Shown here piece by piece: positions 1 through 13,611 of a DNA stretch of 64,000 nt (positions are counted from its first letter, which is position 1; each line of letters starts with the position of its first letter). A program made the position numbers and the translations under genes. The DNA comes from the human T2T-CHM13v2.0 reference genome, Homo sapiens. The DNA lies in assembly GCF_009914755.1 (NCBI RefSeq), contig NC_060926.1; one strand, given 5' to 3'. Under the pieces are notes generated by a model. That model ran no database searches. It was not told where the DNA came from and saw only the letters and a list, made by a program, of their open reading frames with translations.

Positions 1-47
1 CTAGCCTTGGGTATGTCTTTATCAGCGGCATGAAACGGACTAATAGA
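1..47 (+). mobile_element. 3' end of the 5' LTR of a THE1 (ERVL-MaLR) element
   Basis: GGTATGTCTTTATCAGCGGCATGAAACGGACTAATAGA matches the THE1 LTR terminus and the end of the LTR at 1925-1961. Confidence 0.85.
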
Positions 48-1605
48 GTAAATTGGTCCCAGTAGGGTGTTGTGCTGTTGTAAACATATCCAGTGACTTT
101 GAAACTGGGTAATAGGTAGAGGTTGGAACAGTTTGGAGGGCTCAGAAGAAGAAAGGAAAATGAGGAAAAGTTTGGAACTTCCTAGAGACTTCTTAAATGG
201 CTTTGACCAAAATGGTGATAATGATATGGACAATGAAATCCAGGCTGAGGTGGACTCAGATGGAGATGAAGAATTTGTTGGGAACTGGAGTGAAGGTGAC
301 TCTTTCTATGTTTTAGCAAAGAGACAGGTGGCATTTTGCCCCGGCCCTAGAGATGTGTGGAACTTTGAACTTGAGGGAGATGATTTAGGGTATCTGGCAC
401 AAGCAATTTCTAAGCAGCAAGGCATTCAAGAGATGACTTGGGTGCTGTTAAAAACATTCTATTTTAAAAGGGAAACAGTATAAATGCTCAGAAAATTTGC
501 AGCCTGAAGATGTGATAGAAAAGAAAAACCCATTTTCTGAGGAGAAATTCAAGCCTGCTGCAGAAATTTGTATAAATAGTGAGGAACCAAATGCTAATCC
601 CCAAGACAATGGCAAAATGTCTACAGAGCATGTCAGAGACCTTTGCAGCAGCCCCTCCCATCACAAGCCAGGAGGCCTAGGAGGAAAAAATGGTCTCATG
701 GGCCAGGCCCAGGGTCTTCCTGCTGTGTGCAGCCTAGGGACTTTGTGCCCTGCATCCCAGCTGCTGTAGCGATGGCTAAAAGGGGCCATGGTATAGCTGG
801 AGGCATGGCTTTACAGGATGCAAGCCCCAAGTCTTGGCAGCTTCCACATGGTGTTGAGCCTGCAGGTTCACAGAAGTCAAGAATTGAGGTTTGGAAACCT
901 CTGCCCAGATTTCAGAGGATGTATGGAAATGCCTGGATGTCCAGGCATAAGTTTGCTGCAGGGGCGGGGCCCTCATGGAGAACCTTTGCTAGGGTAGTGT
1001 AGAAGGGAAATGTGGGGTTGAAGCCCCTACACAGAGTCCCCATCGGGGTACTGCCTAGTAGAGCTGTGTCCTCCAGACCCTATAATGTCAGATCCACTGA
1101 CAGCTTGCACCATGCACCTGGAAAAGCTGCACTCACTGCCAGCTTGTGAAAGTAGCTGGGGTAGGGGGCTGTACCCTGCAAAGCCAGGGGAGCAGAGCTG
1201 CCCAAGACCATGGGAACCCACCTCTTGCATCAGTGTGATCTGGACGTGAGACAAAGAGTCAAAGGAGATCATTTTGGAGCTTTCAGATTTGACCACCCCA
1301 CTGGACTGTGAACTTACAGGGGGCCTGTAGCCCCTTTGTTTTGGCCAATTTCTCCCATTTGGAACAGCTGTATTTACCCAATGCCTGTACCACCATTGTA
1401 TCTAGGAAGTAACTAACTTGCTTTTGATTTTACAGGCTCATAGGTGGAAGGGACTTGCTTTGACTTGCTTTGTCTCAGATAAGACTTTGGACTGTAAACT
1501 TTTGAGTTAATGCTGAAATGACTTAAGACTTTGGGGGACTGTTGGGAAGGGATGACTGGTTTTGAAATGTGAGGACATGAGATTTGGGAAGGGCCAGGTG
1601 TGGAA
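48..1605 (+). mobile_element. THE1/MST internal region (THE1-int)
   Basis: Typical MaLR-internal text (GGAGGGCTCAGAAGAAGA, AACTTTGAACTTGAG, GAATTGAGGTTTGGAAACCTCTGCC) between two LTRs; the ORFs at 133-1002 are its degenerate ORF. Confidence 0.9.
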
Positions 1606-1961
1606 TGATATGATTTGGCTGTGTGCCCACCCAAATCTCATCTTGCATTGTAGCTCCCATAATTCCATGTGTTGTGGGAAGGACTCAGTGGGGGCTAATT
1701 GAATCATGGGGGCAGTTTCCGCTATACTCTTCTCATGGTAGTGAATAAGTCTCATGAGATCTAGTTGTTTTACAAGAGGTTTCCCCTTTCACTTGGCTTT
1801 CATTCTGTCTCTTGCCTGCCATCATGCAAAATGTGCCTTTTGCCTTCCATCATGATTGTGAGCCCTTCCCTTGTGAAACTGTGTGTCCATTAAACCTTTT
1901 TGCTTTATAAATTACCCAGTGTCAGGTATGTCTTTATCAGCAGTATGAAAACACTAATACA
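1606..1961 (+). mobile_element. THE1 3' LTR (THE1B/C-like)
   Basis: Starts TGATATGATTTGGCTGTGTGCCCACCCAAATCTCATCTTG, ends ACTAATACA (TG...CA); ATTAAA signal near 1889. Confidence 0.92.
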
Positions 1962-2574
1962 GTTCTAACAGTTTGTTTAATCTATTTTTTGAGTGGATGT
2001 AACCCATAAACAAATACCTTGCATTTCTTGAGACATCACCTATTAAATAAACATGTTTGGAAATGAGAAATAATTTTGCCTCAAGAATCCCTATTTCCTA
2101 ATTTATCTTTTGGGCCACGATGAGTTTCTTATATCAGATTTTCTTAAGACATACTCCTCCTGTACTCTAAAACACACTGAACATGGAAGACTTCTCAGAC
2201 TCCTTGGTTAAACAAATGTAAGGGTACAGCAAAGAGTAAGAGCCACTGGTGCACCTCTCCACCTGGCAGCTGGAAGTTTGGCTGGGGCCTCTCACAGTTC
2301 TTTTCTTAAAGACTATTTATTTCTTATTTCCCACCTATTTCCACCCCTGGGGAATGGGGAGAGATGGGGGTGTGTGTGATTGGAGAGATCAATGGGGAAT
2401 CATGTATACATTTTTTTAAATACCCATTTCTGAGATTCTCTGAGAGTCATTGTATTATAGTCACAGCCCGGAGCATGGGTGATGATAATATAGCATAGAT
2501 GAAAATGCCACAGACTTCCTTAGGGCACTGACAGGAACATTATCTATAATGAAAAGAACATGCTATTTAGGAAT

Positions 2575-2707
2575 AGAGAGCCCTGGGTTTAAATGCTAGC
2601 TCTGCCCTCACACATGAGGGACCTTGACTGAGGTATGTTTACTTCAGTTGAGCCTCAGTTTTCCCAACAACTCTATGAAATAGGAAATTATATCTCCATT
2701 TTACAGA
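2575..2707. mobile_element. MIR fragments
   Basis: GAGCCTCAGTTTTCCC and CCATTTTACAGATG MIR core motifs. Confidence 0.6.
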
Positions 2708-3425
2708 TGCAAATTCAAACCATAAGGAGATACCATTACATATACACTAGAATGACTAACATTAAAAAGACTGTAAAGACCAATTGTTGGCAGGAATGTA
2801 GAACAACTATAATTATTACACACCGCTGGTAGGAATGTAAAATTGCATAACCACTTTGGAAAATTATTTGGCAGCTTCTTACAAAGCCTGAAATGCATCT
2901 ACCGTATGACTGAGCCATTTCACTTCAATGTATTTACTCAAGAGAAATGAAGACATGTATTTTCTCTAAGAATTGTACATGAATTTTCATAACAGTTTTA
3001 TTTGCAATAGTCCCAAACTGGAAACAACCAAAATGTTCATCAACAAGTGAATGCATAAATGAATGCGGTGAGTACATTACGTAGAATAGAGTACTACTAG
3101 CAATAAAAAGGAACAACTACAAATATATATTGTAATGTGGATGAATTTCAAAACAGCATGCTGATTGAAAGAAGCAAGACAACACACACTCTGCAATTCC
3201 ATTTACTTAAAATACATCTCACCTATAGTGTCAAAGAACAGTTCAGTGGTTGCCTTGGGGTGGGAGTAAAGAAAGGAATGGAGTGCAAAAAGACATGAGG
3301 CATTTTGTTCTGTAGCTTGATTGTGATGCTATTCTCATGGGTGTGTACGGTTGTCAAAACTCTTCAAGTGGTGCACTTTGAATGAATGCATCATTGTAAA
3401 CATATTATTTCTCAATATTGTTGAT
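2708..3425 (+). mobile_element. Old L1 (L1M) ORF2 end and 3' UTR fragment
   Basis: GCAAATTCAAACCATAAGGAGATACCAT, AAACTGGAAACAACCAAAATGTTCATCAACA and GGATGAATTTCAAAA L1 3' motifs. Confidence 0.8.
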
Positions 3426-4496
3426 TAGGGAAGAAGATAAGTTGTTTAAAGCAAAAATAGGCATGAGGTTTATCACACATGCAGAAGATCTGTATCTATA
3501 TTTTATACATAATATGTATACATATCTTTATATATAAAATCTCAACAGTAGCAAAGTGGATGGGGGAGTGGAATTGAGGTATACTGCATTGTTGTAAGGT
3601 GCAGAATTTCAAGGGAAGTGGAATTAAAAAGTTACAAATACAAGAGGCATGTGAAACCTTTTGTGTGTGTGGTTAAAAGAAAATAATTTGGAACCTGATC
3701 CTATGTGTGTAGACCAAAATAAGAGGAGAGTTGAGCATAGGTCCCACTTTGTGCTGGGTCAAGGGGTGCCTAGACAGATGTCAGCGTAAGCAGTGAGGCC
3801 TGTAAATGGATTGGAAGAAAAGTTAACTTGGACAGAAAGCAAAGGAGAGGTTTTCCAATGGGAGAACGATGTGGTGGAGACTCATGGTTGCACGTATGGT
3901 CATGGTGCAGGGTGACAGTTTTGACAGACCCATGAAGACTTTGGTAGACTTTGGAGGAGCAGGTTTAATCTCGAGGTCTACGTCAGATGCCGACAGGCCT
4001 CTGCTGTTCCTCTGGTTCGTGTTTGCAGGTATAAATTTTTTTGTTATTTTTCTTTTGACCTATTTCTCTTTATATTTTGAGTGGGTTTCTTGTATAAAGC
4101 ATCTAGTTGAATCTTGATTTTTTAAAAGTCATGTCTGACAATCTCCAAATTAAATAGTACTGTTTAAACCATTTGCACCTAATGTAACTATCAATAAACA
4201 TAGAGTTTTAGAATATTATCCTGCAACTTTTTCTCTATATATCCCATATGTTCTTTGTTCCCTTTTCCCTCTGCTCTTGTGTTTCATTGACTAATTAAAT
4301 AATTTTTAGGTTTCCACTGGTAGCGTTTTAACTATGCCACTGTTATTTTTTAGTGACTATCTACAGTTTAAAATCTGCATCACTGACATCATATTCTTTC
4401 CTCAAATAGCGTTATAGCACTTCACAGATAATGCTCCTTCACACATGTGCTGACTGCACCGCCACTTCCATCACACATGTCTGCTTTGTCCTGCAG

Positions 4497-4650
4497 GTAT
4501 GCTGGGGCCCTCCTGGATGAGGATGTCTTCCAGGGAAAGGAGCTGGTCAACAGTCGCTCGCTGCAGGCTCTGGTGGCGGGGCTGAAGGCCTACAGCACCT
4601 GGGAGAACATCCGCTGCCTGCAGGACTGCCGCGAGTGCACTGGAGGCATG
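4497..4650 (+). CDS. ACOXL: ACOXL internal coding exon (154 nt, phase 2 to 0): (R)[51 protein letters not shown]
   Basis: Acceptor CTTTGTCCTGCAG|G and donor ATG|GTGAGC; the peptide resembles the acyl-CoA oxidase AGLKA...W...CR..CGG helix; CpG-rich relative to its flanks; splices in frame to the next two exons. Confidence 0.95.
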
Positions 4651-6791
4651 GTGAGCCCCAAGGCCTGCAGCCCCCGTGGGTCCCCACGATACAACCCACA
4701 CTGGGGGAGCACTGTGGGGCGGGCAGATAACATGCTTCAGAGTCTAATAGAAATCCCAACTGCCCATGACTCTGGGTTCCTTCCTTACCAGCCTCATAGT
4801 CTTGTGTGTCTCCATCATATGATGCTGCCAGGACTGATAGAATACATGTTTGTAAAATGCCTGGCCCATGAAGGCACACAATAAATATCATGAAACTTCG
4901 TGGGGCAAAGGTAGTAGTGGACAGTATGGGAAAGGGCCACTGAAGGTTCAGATGATCAAACCTCTGCTCCAATGTTTTAATCCCTTGGGAGAACACAGGA
5001 AATGACCCCAAGGGTTTCCCTCACCCCTGGTGAGGACACAGGAGGCAGAGCATTCAGAGACTTCCTGGTGTGTCTCCAGCCCCAGTCTCAGACTGGATTG
5101 TGTGGTGAGAAGCACAAGGTGTTAGAAATCCCAATATGAATATTTGAGGGAGTTGAGGGGGACTCTGAGAGCAGCTGGATCTGTGTGCAGCTGTGAGAAC
5201 AGAAGCCCTGCAGGACTCTGCAGGTCTCCACACCCATGCGGGGGTCCAGAGCCCATGACAAAGTGAACCCAAGTTGGGTGTCTGAGGGCAGGACACGCAG
5301 CATGAGGCTGTGGACCTGTGACATGGTGGCACGGCAGGACTGCAGGATCAGCTGTGCACTTCATTCGAATGCAAGCCAGATGTGGCAGCTACTGGAACTC
5401 CAGACCACACCCCCAGAGGAGAATGGAAGGAGGGAGCCCCTGTTGGTCTTTGGTCTGAATTTAATGCTGAACTTCATCAAATATTTGCTTATAAACAGCA
5501 CCTCTGAACATGAAGGGGAAGATGAAGAGTTTTAGCTTCAGAAGAGAATGGATCAAGGGCAAGTCAAGGGCAGCTGTAGAAAATAAAAGGGAAAGGATGA
5601 GTTTCTGGAAAGCCGATTCCCTGCCATCCGTGTGGAGCTAACGGATGGCACAGAGGGGCAATGGTGAAGAGGGGCTGAGCCTTCATAAGAGGCAGAGCTG
5701 CGGGCACAGCCTGAGGGCCTCTCCCATGTGATCCATGGTGTTTGTCCACCTGAAAGCTAGCATGATCATTTCTTTTAGGTGGCTAAGTGAAGATGTGTCC
5801 CTGATGATGGTGGGGGGTGGGGCATGTCTGCTTCATTCCTATGGGGTTGTTGTGTGGGGTCCACATGGAAAAGAAAGGGAATGGAGAATGAAATAATAGC
5901 TGGCCTAGGGTGCAGCTGGCCAGGAGCTGAGGTCCTCCAAGGCAGCTGGGGCAATGGCGCGATGTGACTCTCCTTAGCTAAGGAGGGCCCTGCCAGGGGG
6001 CTGGTTTCTACCTGCATCTCCAGGAGGTGGCTGTCCCTTCAGTGAGCAGGCTGGGAGCAGCTGGGAACACAGCCCAGGGATTCGGGGGTAGAGTAAGGAG
6101 GTTAGGTCAGCAGGTGGGGGGTATGACCTGAAGTGGCCCCTCAGGCAGGGACAGCCCACACAGTGGGGTGTTGGGGCACTGCTGGGGGCCCTGAGCTCAG
6201 ACACTGTGGCCTTGACAGGTGACTCAGCCTGAGGGCTTGCGCAGAACCTCTTGCAGGCTCCTGGTCCTCTGGGCTCCCGTGACTCATTCCCTTTCTCGCA
6301 GTTCACAGGTGGGCAGGCCCAGGGGTCTCTCACCCCCAGGCCTTCATAGCCTCCCTGCACAGAGACCCTCCTGCACCCCTCTTGTCATCCTAACCCTCAT
6401 CCCTTCGTCCTGGCCTCAGTGCTTGTTCTGGGAGGCCGTATTTCCCCAGGGTCAATGCTGAGCCCTGGCAGTGCCACCCGGAACAACCGCCCTCGCCTGC
6501 TCTCCAGTGATCCAGCCTGTCATGTTCACCTGTGCTGCCGAGGACCACCCAGCAGTGCGGAAATAACCCCACCCTGTTAGAGAAGACGCAGTCCATGCTG
6601 GAATGCCAGCCCCCCAGGCACGCTGCCTCACAGAACTCTGCGCCCAGTAGCTCCTGAGCAACCTGGGGCAGAGGGCCCTAAAAGGCAAATGCTGTGTCCT
6701 CTGCTCACAATAATTCTGACACCAGATGTGTGGCTTTTCCATAACAACCAGTCCTCTAATTCTCTGTGGACACTAACAGGGTGCTCTGCAA

Positions 6792-7142
6792 CAGTGGCCT
6801 CCAACCTGTTTGGCACCACGGACTGGTTTCGTGGAAGACAATTTTTCCATGGATGGTTTTGGGGGTGGGGGGTGCGGGGTAGGGGAGATGTTTTCGGGAT
6901 GAAACTGTTCTGCCTCAGATCCTCAGGCTTTCGATTCTCATGAGGAGCGTGCAGATCTCTCACATGTGCAGTTCACAATAGAGTTCACGCTCCTATGAGC
7001 ATCTAATGGTGCTGCTGAACTGACAGGAGGTGGAGCTCAGGCAGTAATACTTGCTCCCACCACTTACCTCTTGCTGTGTGGCCCGGTTCCTAATAGGCCA
7101 TGGTCTGGTACTGGTCCATGGCCTGGGGATTGGGGAACCCTG
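6792..7142. mobile_element. MER1B-like hAT-Charlie DNA transposon
   Basis: Terminal inverted repeats CAGTGGCCTCCAACC...GATTGGGGAACCCTG; 8-bp target-site duplication (TSD) CTCTGCAA (6784-6791) / CTCTACAA (7143-7150). Confidence 0.85.
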
Positions 7143-7278
7143 CTCTACAATTTAATTTATTCTGACGACTACCTGGAGTGCATGCAGACTCCACAGATTA
7201 AGGCCTCAGTTCCATAAGTCTTCCCCCAACTTTGGATGCTAGTCACAAATAGTGGTTCTCTGGGTTACCCGCACTGTT

Positions 7279-7569
<291 letters not shown>

Positions 7570-7863
7570 TACCCACACTTTTGCCTAACCTGTCTATAAA
7601 TCAGGAGTTCCCATGACCCTCTCCTTAGGTTCAATAATTTGCTAGAACAGCTCACAGTACTCAGAGAAACACTTAAATGTTTACTGGAAATAATTAAGGA
7701 TACAGATAAACAGCCAGATAAAGAGATACATCGGCTGAGGTCCAGAAGGGTTCTGAGCACAGGAGCTTCTGTCCCTCTGGAGTTGGTGTGTACCGCCCTG
7801 CTTGGCACAAGGATGTGTTCACCAGCCTGGAAGCTCTCTGAACCACTTATTTTAGGGATTTTT

Positions 7864-8077
7864 TTTTTTTTTGAGATGGAGTCTTGCTGTGTTGCCCAGG
7901 CTGGAGTGCAATGGTGCAATCTTGGCTCACCGCAACCTCCGCCTCCTGGGTTCAAGCAATTCTCCTCCCTCAGCCTCCTGAGTAGCTGGGATTAAGGCAT
8001 GTGCCACCATGCCCAGCTAATTTTTGTACTTTTAGTAGAGATGGGGTTTTACCATGTTGGTCAGGCTGGTCTCGAAC
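7864..8077 (-). mobile_element. 5'-truncated AluS
   Basis: Poly-T plus Alu body ending at GGTCTCGAAC; TSD TATTTTAGGGATTTTT at 7848-7863 and 8078-8093. Confidence 0.9.
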
Positions 8078-8764
8078 TATTTTAGGGATTTTTATAGAGG
8101 CTTCATCGCATAGGCATGATCAATTATTAACTCAGTCTCTAGCTCCTCTGCCCTTCCTGGAGGATGGCAGGGGTTTCAGGGAGGGCGATAAAAGCTGTGA
8201 GCTTCTAACCATGGCTTGGCATTTCTGATGACCAGCCCCCATCCAGAAGCTGACCAGGAGCCCACTAGGAGTTGCCTCATTAGAACAAAAGATGCTCCAG
8301 CACCCAGGAAATACCAAGAGGTTTAGGAACTCTGTGTCAGGAACTGGGGTAAAAGAGTAAATTTAGAACAAAGAATGCTTCTAGCATCCCTATCACTCAG
8401 GAAATAAAAAATGTTTTAGGAGCTCTGTGCCAGGAACCAGGGATGAAACACGATGTACATTTCTTATTAGATCACAGTATCACGGCCCTGATTTCCATTT
8501 TTGTTCCTTCCCTTCTCCTCTCCACTCCCAATCCACTTGACACCTAGCATGGAGATATTTGTAGAGACACAAATATTTGTTGAAAGAAAAGAATGAACAT
8601 CTTCTAATTGTTTTAAGCTCATATGCATACATGCTGCATCTTCAGGTTGGAACTCCCTGGGAGTGAAGTGTGGACTTGAGTCTGGGGGCTACTGAGAGGA
8701 AACCAAAGACCATCTCTTTTTTTGGGTTGTAGGACTAGGCACATCTTGCTTCAAAAAAATATAT

Positions 8765-8945
8765 TTCAACACACATTTACTGCCTTTGAAGCCAGTAATC
8801 CTGGGCATGATTTTGGGCCAGTTATTCCCACCCTATGCCTCAGTTTTTCCATACATAATATGGAGATAACAAACCTTCCCTTGTAGAGGTTGTGGGAGTT
8901 AAATTCTATGAGACAAAGAGCATCAAATGCTCAACACATAGACTC
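8765..8945. mobile_element. MIR
   Basis: TTGGGCCAGTTATT...TGCCTCAGTTTTTCCATACATAATATGGAGATAAC core. Confidence 0.65.
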
Positions 8946-9534
8946 AGGAAGTAGGAGTTGATGTTTCCTCGATGTGCCCAGGCTGGGGATTTGGAGAAAA
9001 GAGATACCACATGGTCTCTTTTGCTTGCCATTGTACCAGGTAGACAGGTGGCTGCAGAGCCCAGCACGACGAGGCAGGCCCTGTGCAGCTGCAGGGGCTC
9101 AGAGTACTCAGTGCGAACTGTGGAGGGTCCGCAAGCAGTGCCACTTGAGCAACTTAAGGAATGAGCAAGAGCCTTCCAGGTGGGGCTGGAGGACCTGCTA
9201 GGCAGGGGAACCTGAACTCAGGATGAGGGTGTGGGAGTCTGTGGTGCACTGAGGGACACCATGACAGGCATGGGCTGGGTCTCAGTGAGGATGCAGGGGA
9301 GGAAAGGAATAAAGGGAAAAAGCGGGAACCAGACCTAGAGAAGGCCCGGAGCCTGTCTGCACAGCTGCCTACAGCAGGCACTCTGTGGTGCCTTCAGGCC
9401 CCAGCACCACATGGTGCAGCTGATCCAGTGCACAGAGGCTCAGCCTGCAGCACTGCAGCATGGTGCTTGGCACATATGGACACTTCACGTCAGCTATTCT
9501 CACTTATTTCCATTTTACAAATGAGTAAACTGAG

Positions 9535-9740
9535 GCTAGACCATGAGGGCAGTGAGGGCAGGGACCAAGTCCTTGATCACTACAGCCTAAGTCTGACTGT
9601 TGTGTGGAATATTCAGGAGATAGCTGTGGACTGAGTGATGACCAGCTGACAGACAGATGGACAGATAGACTGATGTGCACAGACATTGAATGAATGAATG
9701 AATGAATGAACGAATAAATGAATGAATGAATGAATGAAAG
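9535..9740 (+). mobile_element. L2 3' end with a (TGAA)n tail
   Basis: CCATGAGGGCAG..GCAGGGACC L2 motif followed by (TGAA)n at about 9687-9737. Confidence 0.55.
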
Positions 9741-10685
9741 AATGTCCTGTGCATCTGTTTTCTTTCTTACCCTTAAAACTTGGAATTAATCCACAAAACT
9801 TGGCCCCCTTGATCTTTTCTTGCTTTATTATTTTTTTACCCTGAACACTTTTTTTTTTTAAAAAAACATGATTTTATTGTTACTTTTGGAGGGAGAAAGA
9901 ACACTGTATTGCCTACAGACTACTCATAATGAGAGCAATGATGACATTCATTAGCTTTAAAACCTGCACAACCCATCTTGACAGCTCATTTGTTGGGGAC
10001 AGATTTTTATGTTAGTGTGTCTAGTTTAGGAGATGGGGACTTGAGAAGAGGGGAGCATGAGAAATTATTGTAAAATTTACCAAGATATGGGTGCATCTTG
10101 CACCTAATTTTTGCCACTACTCTAAACATAGGGCCCTGTGAAATCTTTTTCCTCTCAACTGCTAACTTTAGTGTTTGTTGCTATAGCCTAAAATGAGCAT
10201 CATCTGTGGAGGGCAGCTTCTTGGCTGAGCAAAGTCTATTTGAAATCACATTTATTGCATTATTTTTATCAATTACAAAAGTAATATATATCCATTGTAG
10301 AAAGTTTTGAGAATAAAGAAAAGCACAAAAAAGTAAATATATCCCAAAATTATACTTCTCAGAGATGATTCTTAACTGTCTGCAGTATATTCTTTCTGTG
10401 CAGTGGGTGTGTGTATTTGAAATTTTAGAACCCCCCTAATTTACCTAAGACTTGATATGGATATTACTTCAACTCTTTACTACAACCTTACTTTGAAGTA
10501 AAATTTTCATAGCCGGTACCATTTATCTTGTAGGTGTACCATAATGCATTCAATCAATTCCTCAGCTTATGTAAAATTGTTCCATTATTATAAACAACAC
10601 TATAGAAAACATTCTAGTACCTTGGCACCTAACTTTTATTTTTGTGCATACCTGGGATTGCTTTTTGGGAATCAAGTATTTAAAT

Positions 10686-10909
10686 CAAACCTGTCCAACC
10701 CGTGGCCCTCAGGCCTCATGCAGCCCTGGATGGCTTTGAATGTGGCCCAACACAAATTCATAAACTTTCTTAAAACATTTGGGATTTTTTTGCAATTTTT
10801 AAAATTAGCTCATCAGCTATCATTAGTGTTTGCGTGTTTTATGTGTGGCCCAAGACAATTCTTGTTCTTCCAGTGTGGCCCAGGGAAGCCAAAAGATTGG
10901 ACACCCCTA
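10686..10909. mobile_element. MER30 hAT-Charlie MITE
   Basis: GGCTTTGAATGTGGCCCAACACAAATTC...GGGAAGCCAAAAGATTGGACACCCCT; TSD ATTTAAAT (10678-10685) / ATGTAAAT (10910-10917). Confidence 0.85.
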
Positions 10910-11000
10910 ATGTAAATGATGATTGGTATTGTCAGTACAGGTTAAACCAATTTCCACTCCCACCAGCAGCTGAACACAGAATGCTTAATTAGTTTCTAGA

Positions 11001-11262
11001 CCAGTGGTTTTCAAATTATTTTGACCTTAACCTGAAGTAAAAGGTATGCTTTCCTTTACAAATCTTTACAACCCAGTATTTACAAAGACACATGTATGAA
11101 ATTGAAAAAAGGAATTTTATGAAACAGTACCGGCCTCACTATTGTGAGGTGCTCTCATATTTTCTTATTTTGTGTCATCTTTTAAAAAGCAAGTCATGAT
11201 ACAGTAAGTTGATTTCATGACCTGCTCATGTGTTGTAGCCTACTGTTTGCAAAACACAGCCC
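11001..11262. mobile_element. Old non-autonomous hAT-Charlie element (MER112-like)
   Basis: Inverted ends CAGTGGTTTTCAAA...TTTGCAAAACACAG; a related copy lies at about 58965-59541. Confidence 0.55.
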
Positions 11263-12594
11263 AGACTCACTGATCAAACAGAAAGGGTCTTGCTATATAT
11301 AGTTGAGAGCTGCAGGTCATCAGAGTGTGTCTGTGGTGATCAAAAGAAGCTGGAGTTTCCGGGGAATAGATTTCTCAGCCCTGCTAGAAACCAAAATCTG
11401 GCTTCTGTTGAGACCAAAATATGATCATTTAGTTTTCACTGGAATGTTATTAATTTGGCCCTTGAGACTTCAGATTTGTATTTGAAAGTGGGAAAGAGAT
11501 AAAGGCCTTCAAATGTCTCCTGAGCATTGACACAGAAAGTGATCAGTTTTTTCTAACTGCTTGGTTTATCTTGGATCTGGGCGGAATGAGTGCACACAGC
11601 AGCCCCTCACGTTTGGCCTCACTGAGAATTCATGGTCCCAGCACTGCTGCTCTTGAACTCCTCTGTGGAAACCTTTGGATTCCAGGATTCTTTCTCTCCA
11701 CAAATTGATGTTTCCATAACACTTGATGGTCAATTTTAATAACATTATCACTCTGTGTTAGGAAATCACGAGAAAGTCTTAAACTAGCTATTTCTACAGG
11801 AACCTTGGCAATTGTGCTTTCTTTGGGTTGAATGTTGCAAGAGTAATATTCTGTTACTTAAGGAACGTTCTTAGCAGTGAGGTAGACACGTGCAGAGTAC
11901 AAATAGAAGGGAAACTTTGGAATTAAATCATATTTTAGTCTTTTAACTCCTTTGTTTCTGAGTTCTAATTTTTCAAACTATCTTTACCTTTGTGGTATAA
12001 TCTGTTCCTTTTTGTGCATAAAACCTGCGATAAATGAGATTTCACACAAGAAAGAAAAATTGTCCACAATATGATCGTTAAATGAACGATACTGGTTGGA
12101 ATTTTCATAATTCATATTCATGCAAGCACCTCATAGCCTCAATGACTGCTGATTAAGAATCATTGCTAAGTATTGCTAAATTCTCTTTATGTGCAGAACA
12201 GTGTACTAGGTACATGTTCCCGGGAAGCCAGGTAATTTGAGGGGCACTGTACACTGTGCATGGAATTGCAAGGCCCTGAGGTTTCAGCATTAGCAGACTT
12301 CTGATCAAGATGCAGCAACAGGCAGCAGATATACCCTCCTGACTGAAATAATCAAAAAATGGACAATATATGTATGCTAAACAGTTTGCAAGACACCGGA
12401 CGTCACTGGACAGCTGCTGACATTCCCCTGTGCAAGCTTCCAGCTTCCTTATCTATGTTTGCAGCTCCATCTTTCAGGCTGCTGTTTGTTAGAAAAAAAA
12501 TTATTTCTGGGGCTGTTTTTGTTAGAAGGGAAGTTTTGCTGAGGACTCATTTGCCCTCATATCTGCCTAAATAATTTCTATCTCCTATATCATT

Positions 12595-13550
12595 ATGTGT
12601 AAAAGAACAAAGATGAGGATGACAACAGATTTCTCATTAGAAACAAGGCAAGTAAAGAGACAGTAGAATGGCATCTTTAAAGTACTAAAAGGGAAGAAAA
12701 TCAATCTAAAATTCTATATCCAACAAAATTATGTTTCAAAAATAAAGGTATAACAAAGATATTTTCAGACTTGCAAAACTTGAGATAATTCATCACCAAC
12801 AGATCTTTATCATAAGAAATATTAAAGAAAATTCTTCAGGCAGAAGGAAAATGATACCAGATAGAAATATAGATTTATACAAAGGCATGAAAAGCACCAA
12901 AAGTAGTAAGCATACGGATAAATACATGATGTTTTTAGCACTTAAATATCTTTAAAAGATAACTGCTTAGACAAAAATAATAACAATGTAGTGTGAGGTT
13001 TATAACATCCATGAAAATAGAATGCATGACAATAGCATAAAGGCCAGGAGAGAAGAAAAGAAAGTACACTATTGTGAGGTCCTTAGACTATGTGTGAAGT
13101 CATTTGCTATTATTTGAAAGTAGACTGTGATAAGTTAAAGATGTATAAGGTAGGAAAAGAAGAAGTATGGAAGAATGAAAAGATTATTCACATAGAAAAC
13201 AAATAGCAAAATGGTATATTTAAACTTGACTATATTAATAAACACTTTAAATATAAATATCCCAATTCAAAGGCAGAAATTGTCAGACTGGATAAAAAAG
13301 CAAGACCAAATTATATGCCTACAAAAAACCCACTTCAAATAGAAAAGTATAAGTAGGTTAAAAATAAATGGATGGGAAAAGATGCACCATGTTAATGCTA
13401 GTCAAAACAAAGCTGGAGTGACAATGTTAATATCAGACAAAGTCGATTTCAGAGCAAAGAATATTGCCGAGAATAAATAACATCATTTCATAATGACCAG
13501 GGGCCTGTTCCTCAGGAGGATATTACAATTCTAAACGGTTAGGCACCAAA
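12595..13550 (+). mobile_element. Old L1M fragment (ORF1 end to ORF2 endonuclease start)
   Basis: GCAGAAATTGTCAGACTGGATAAAAAAGCAAGACC and TAATATCAGACAAAGTCGATTTCAGAGCAAAG L1 endonuclease motifs. Confidence 0.8.
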
Positions 13551-13611
13551 TCATAATCCTATGAGGTGGCTACTTTGGTTATCTTCAGTTTACAGATGAG
13601 AAAGCTGATGT

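Noticed and set aside
133-1296. Several ORFs of 66-119 aa
   Set aside because: Frameshifted remnants of the THE1/MST internal ORF; no intact gene
4447-5011. 145-aa sense and 154-aa antisense ORFs as stand-alone genes
   Set aside because: Only 4497-4650 has oxidase similarity and splice sites; the rest is intron read-through or the antisense shadow of a GC-rich exon
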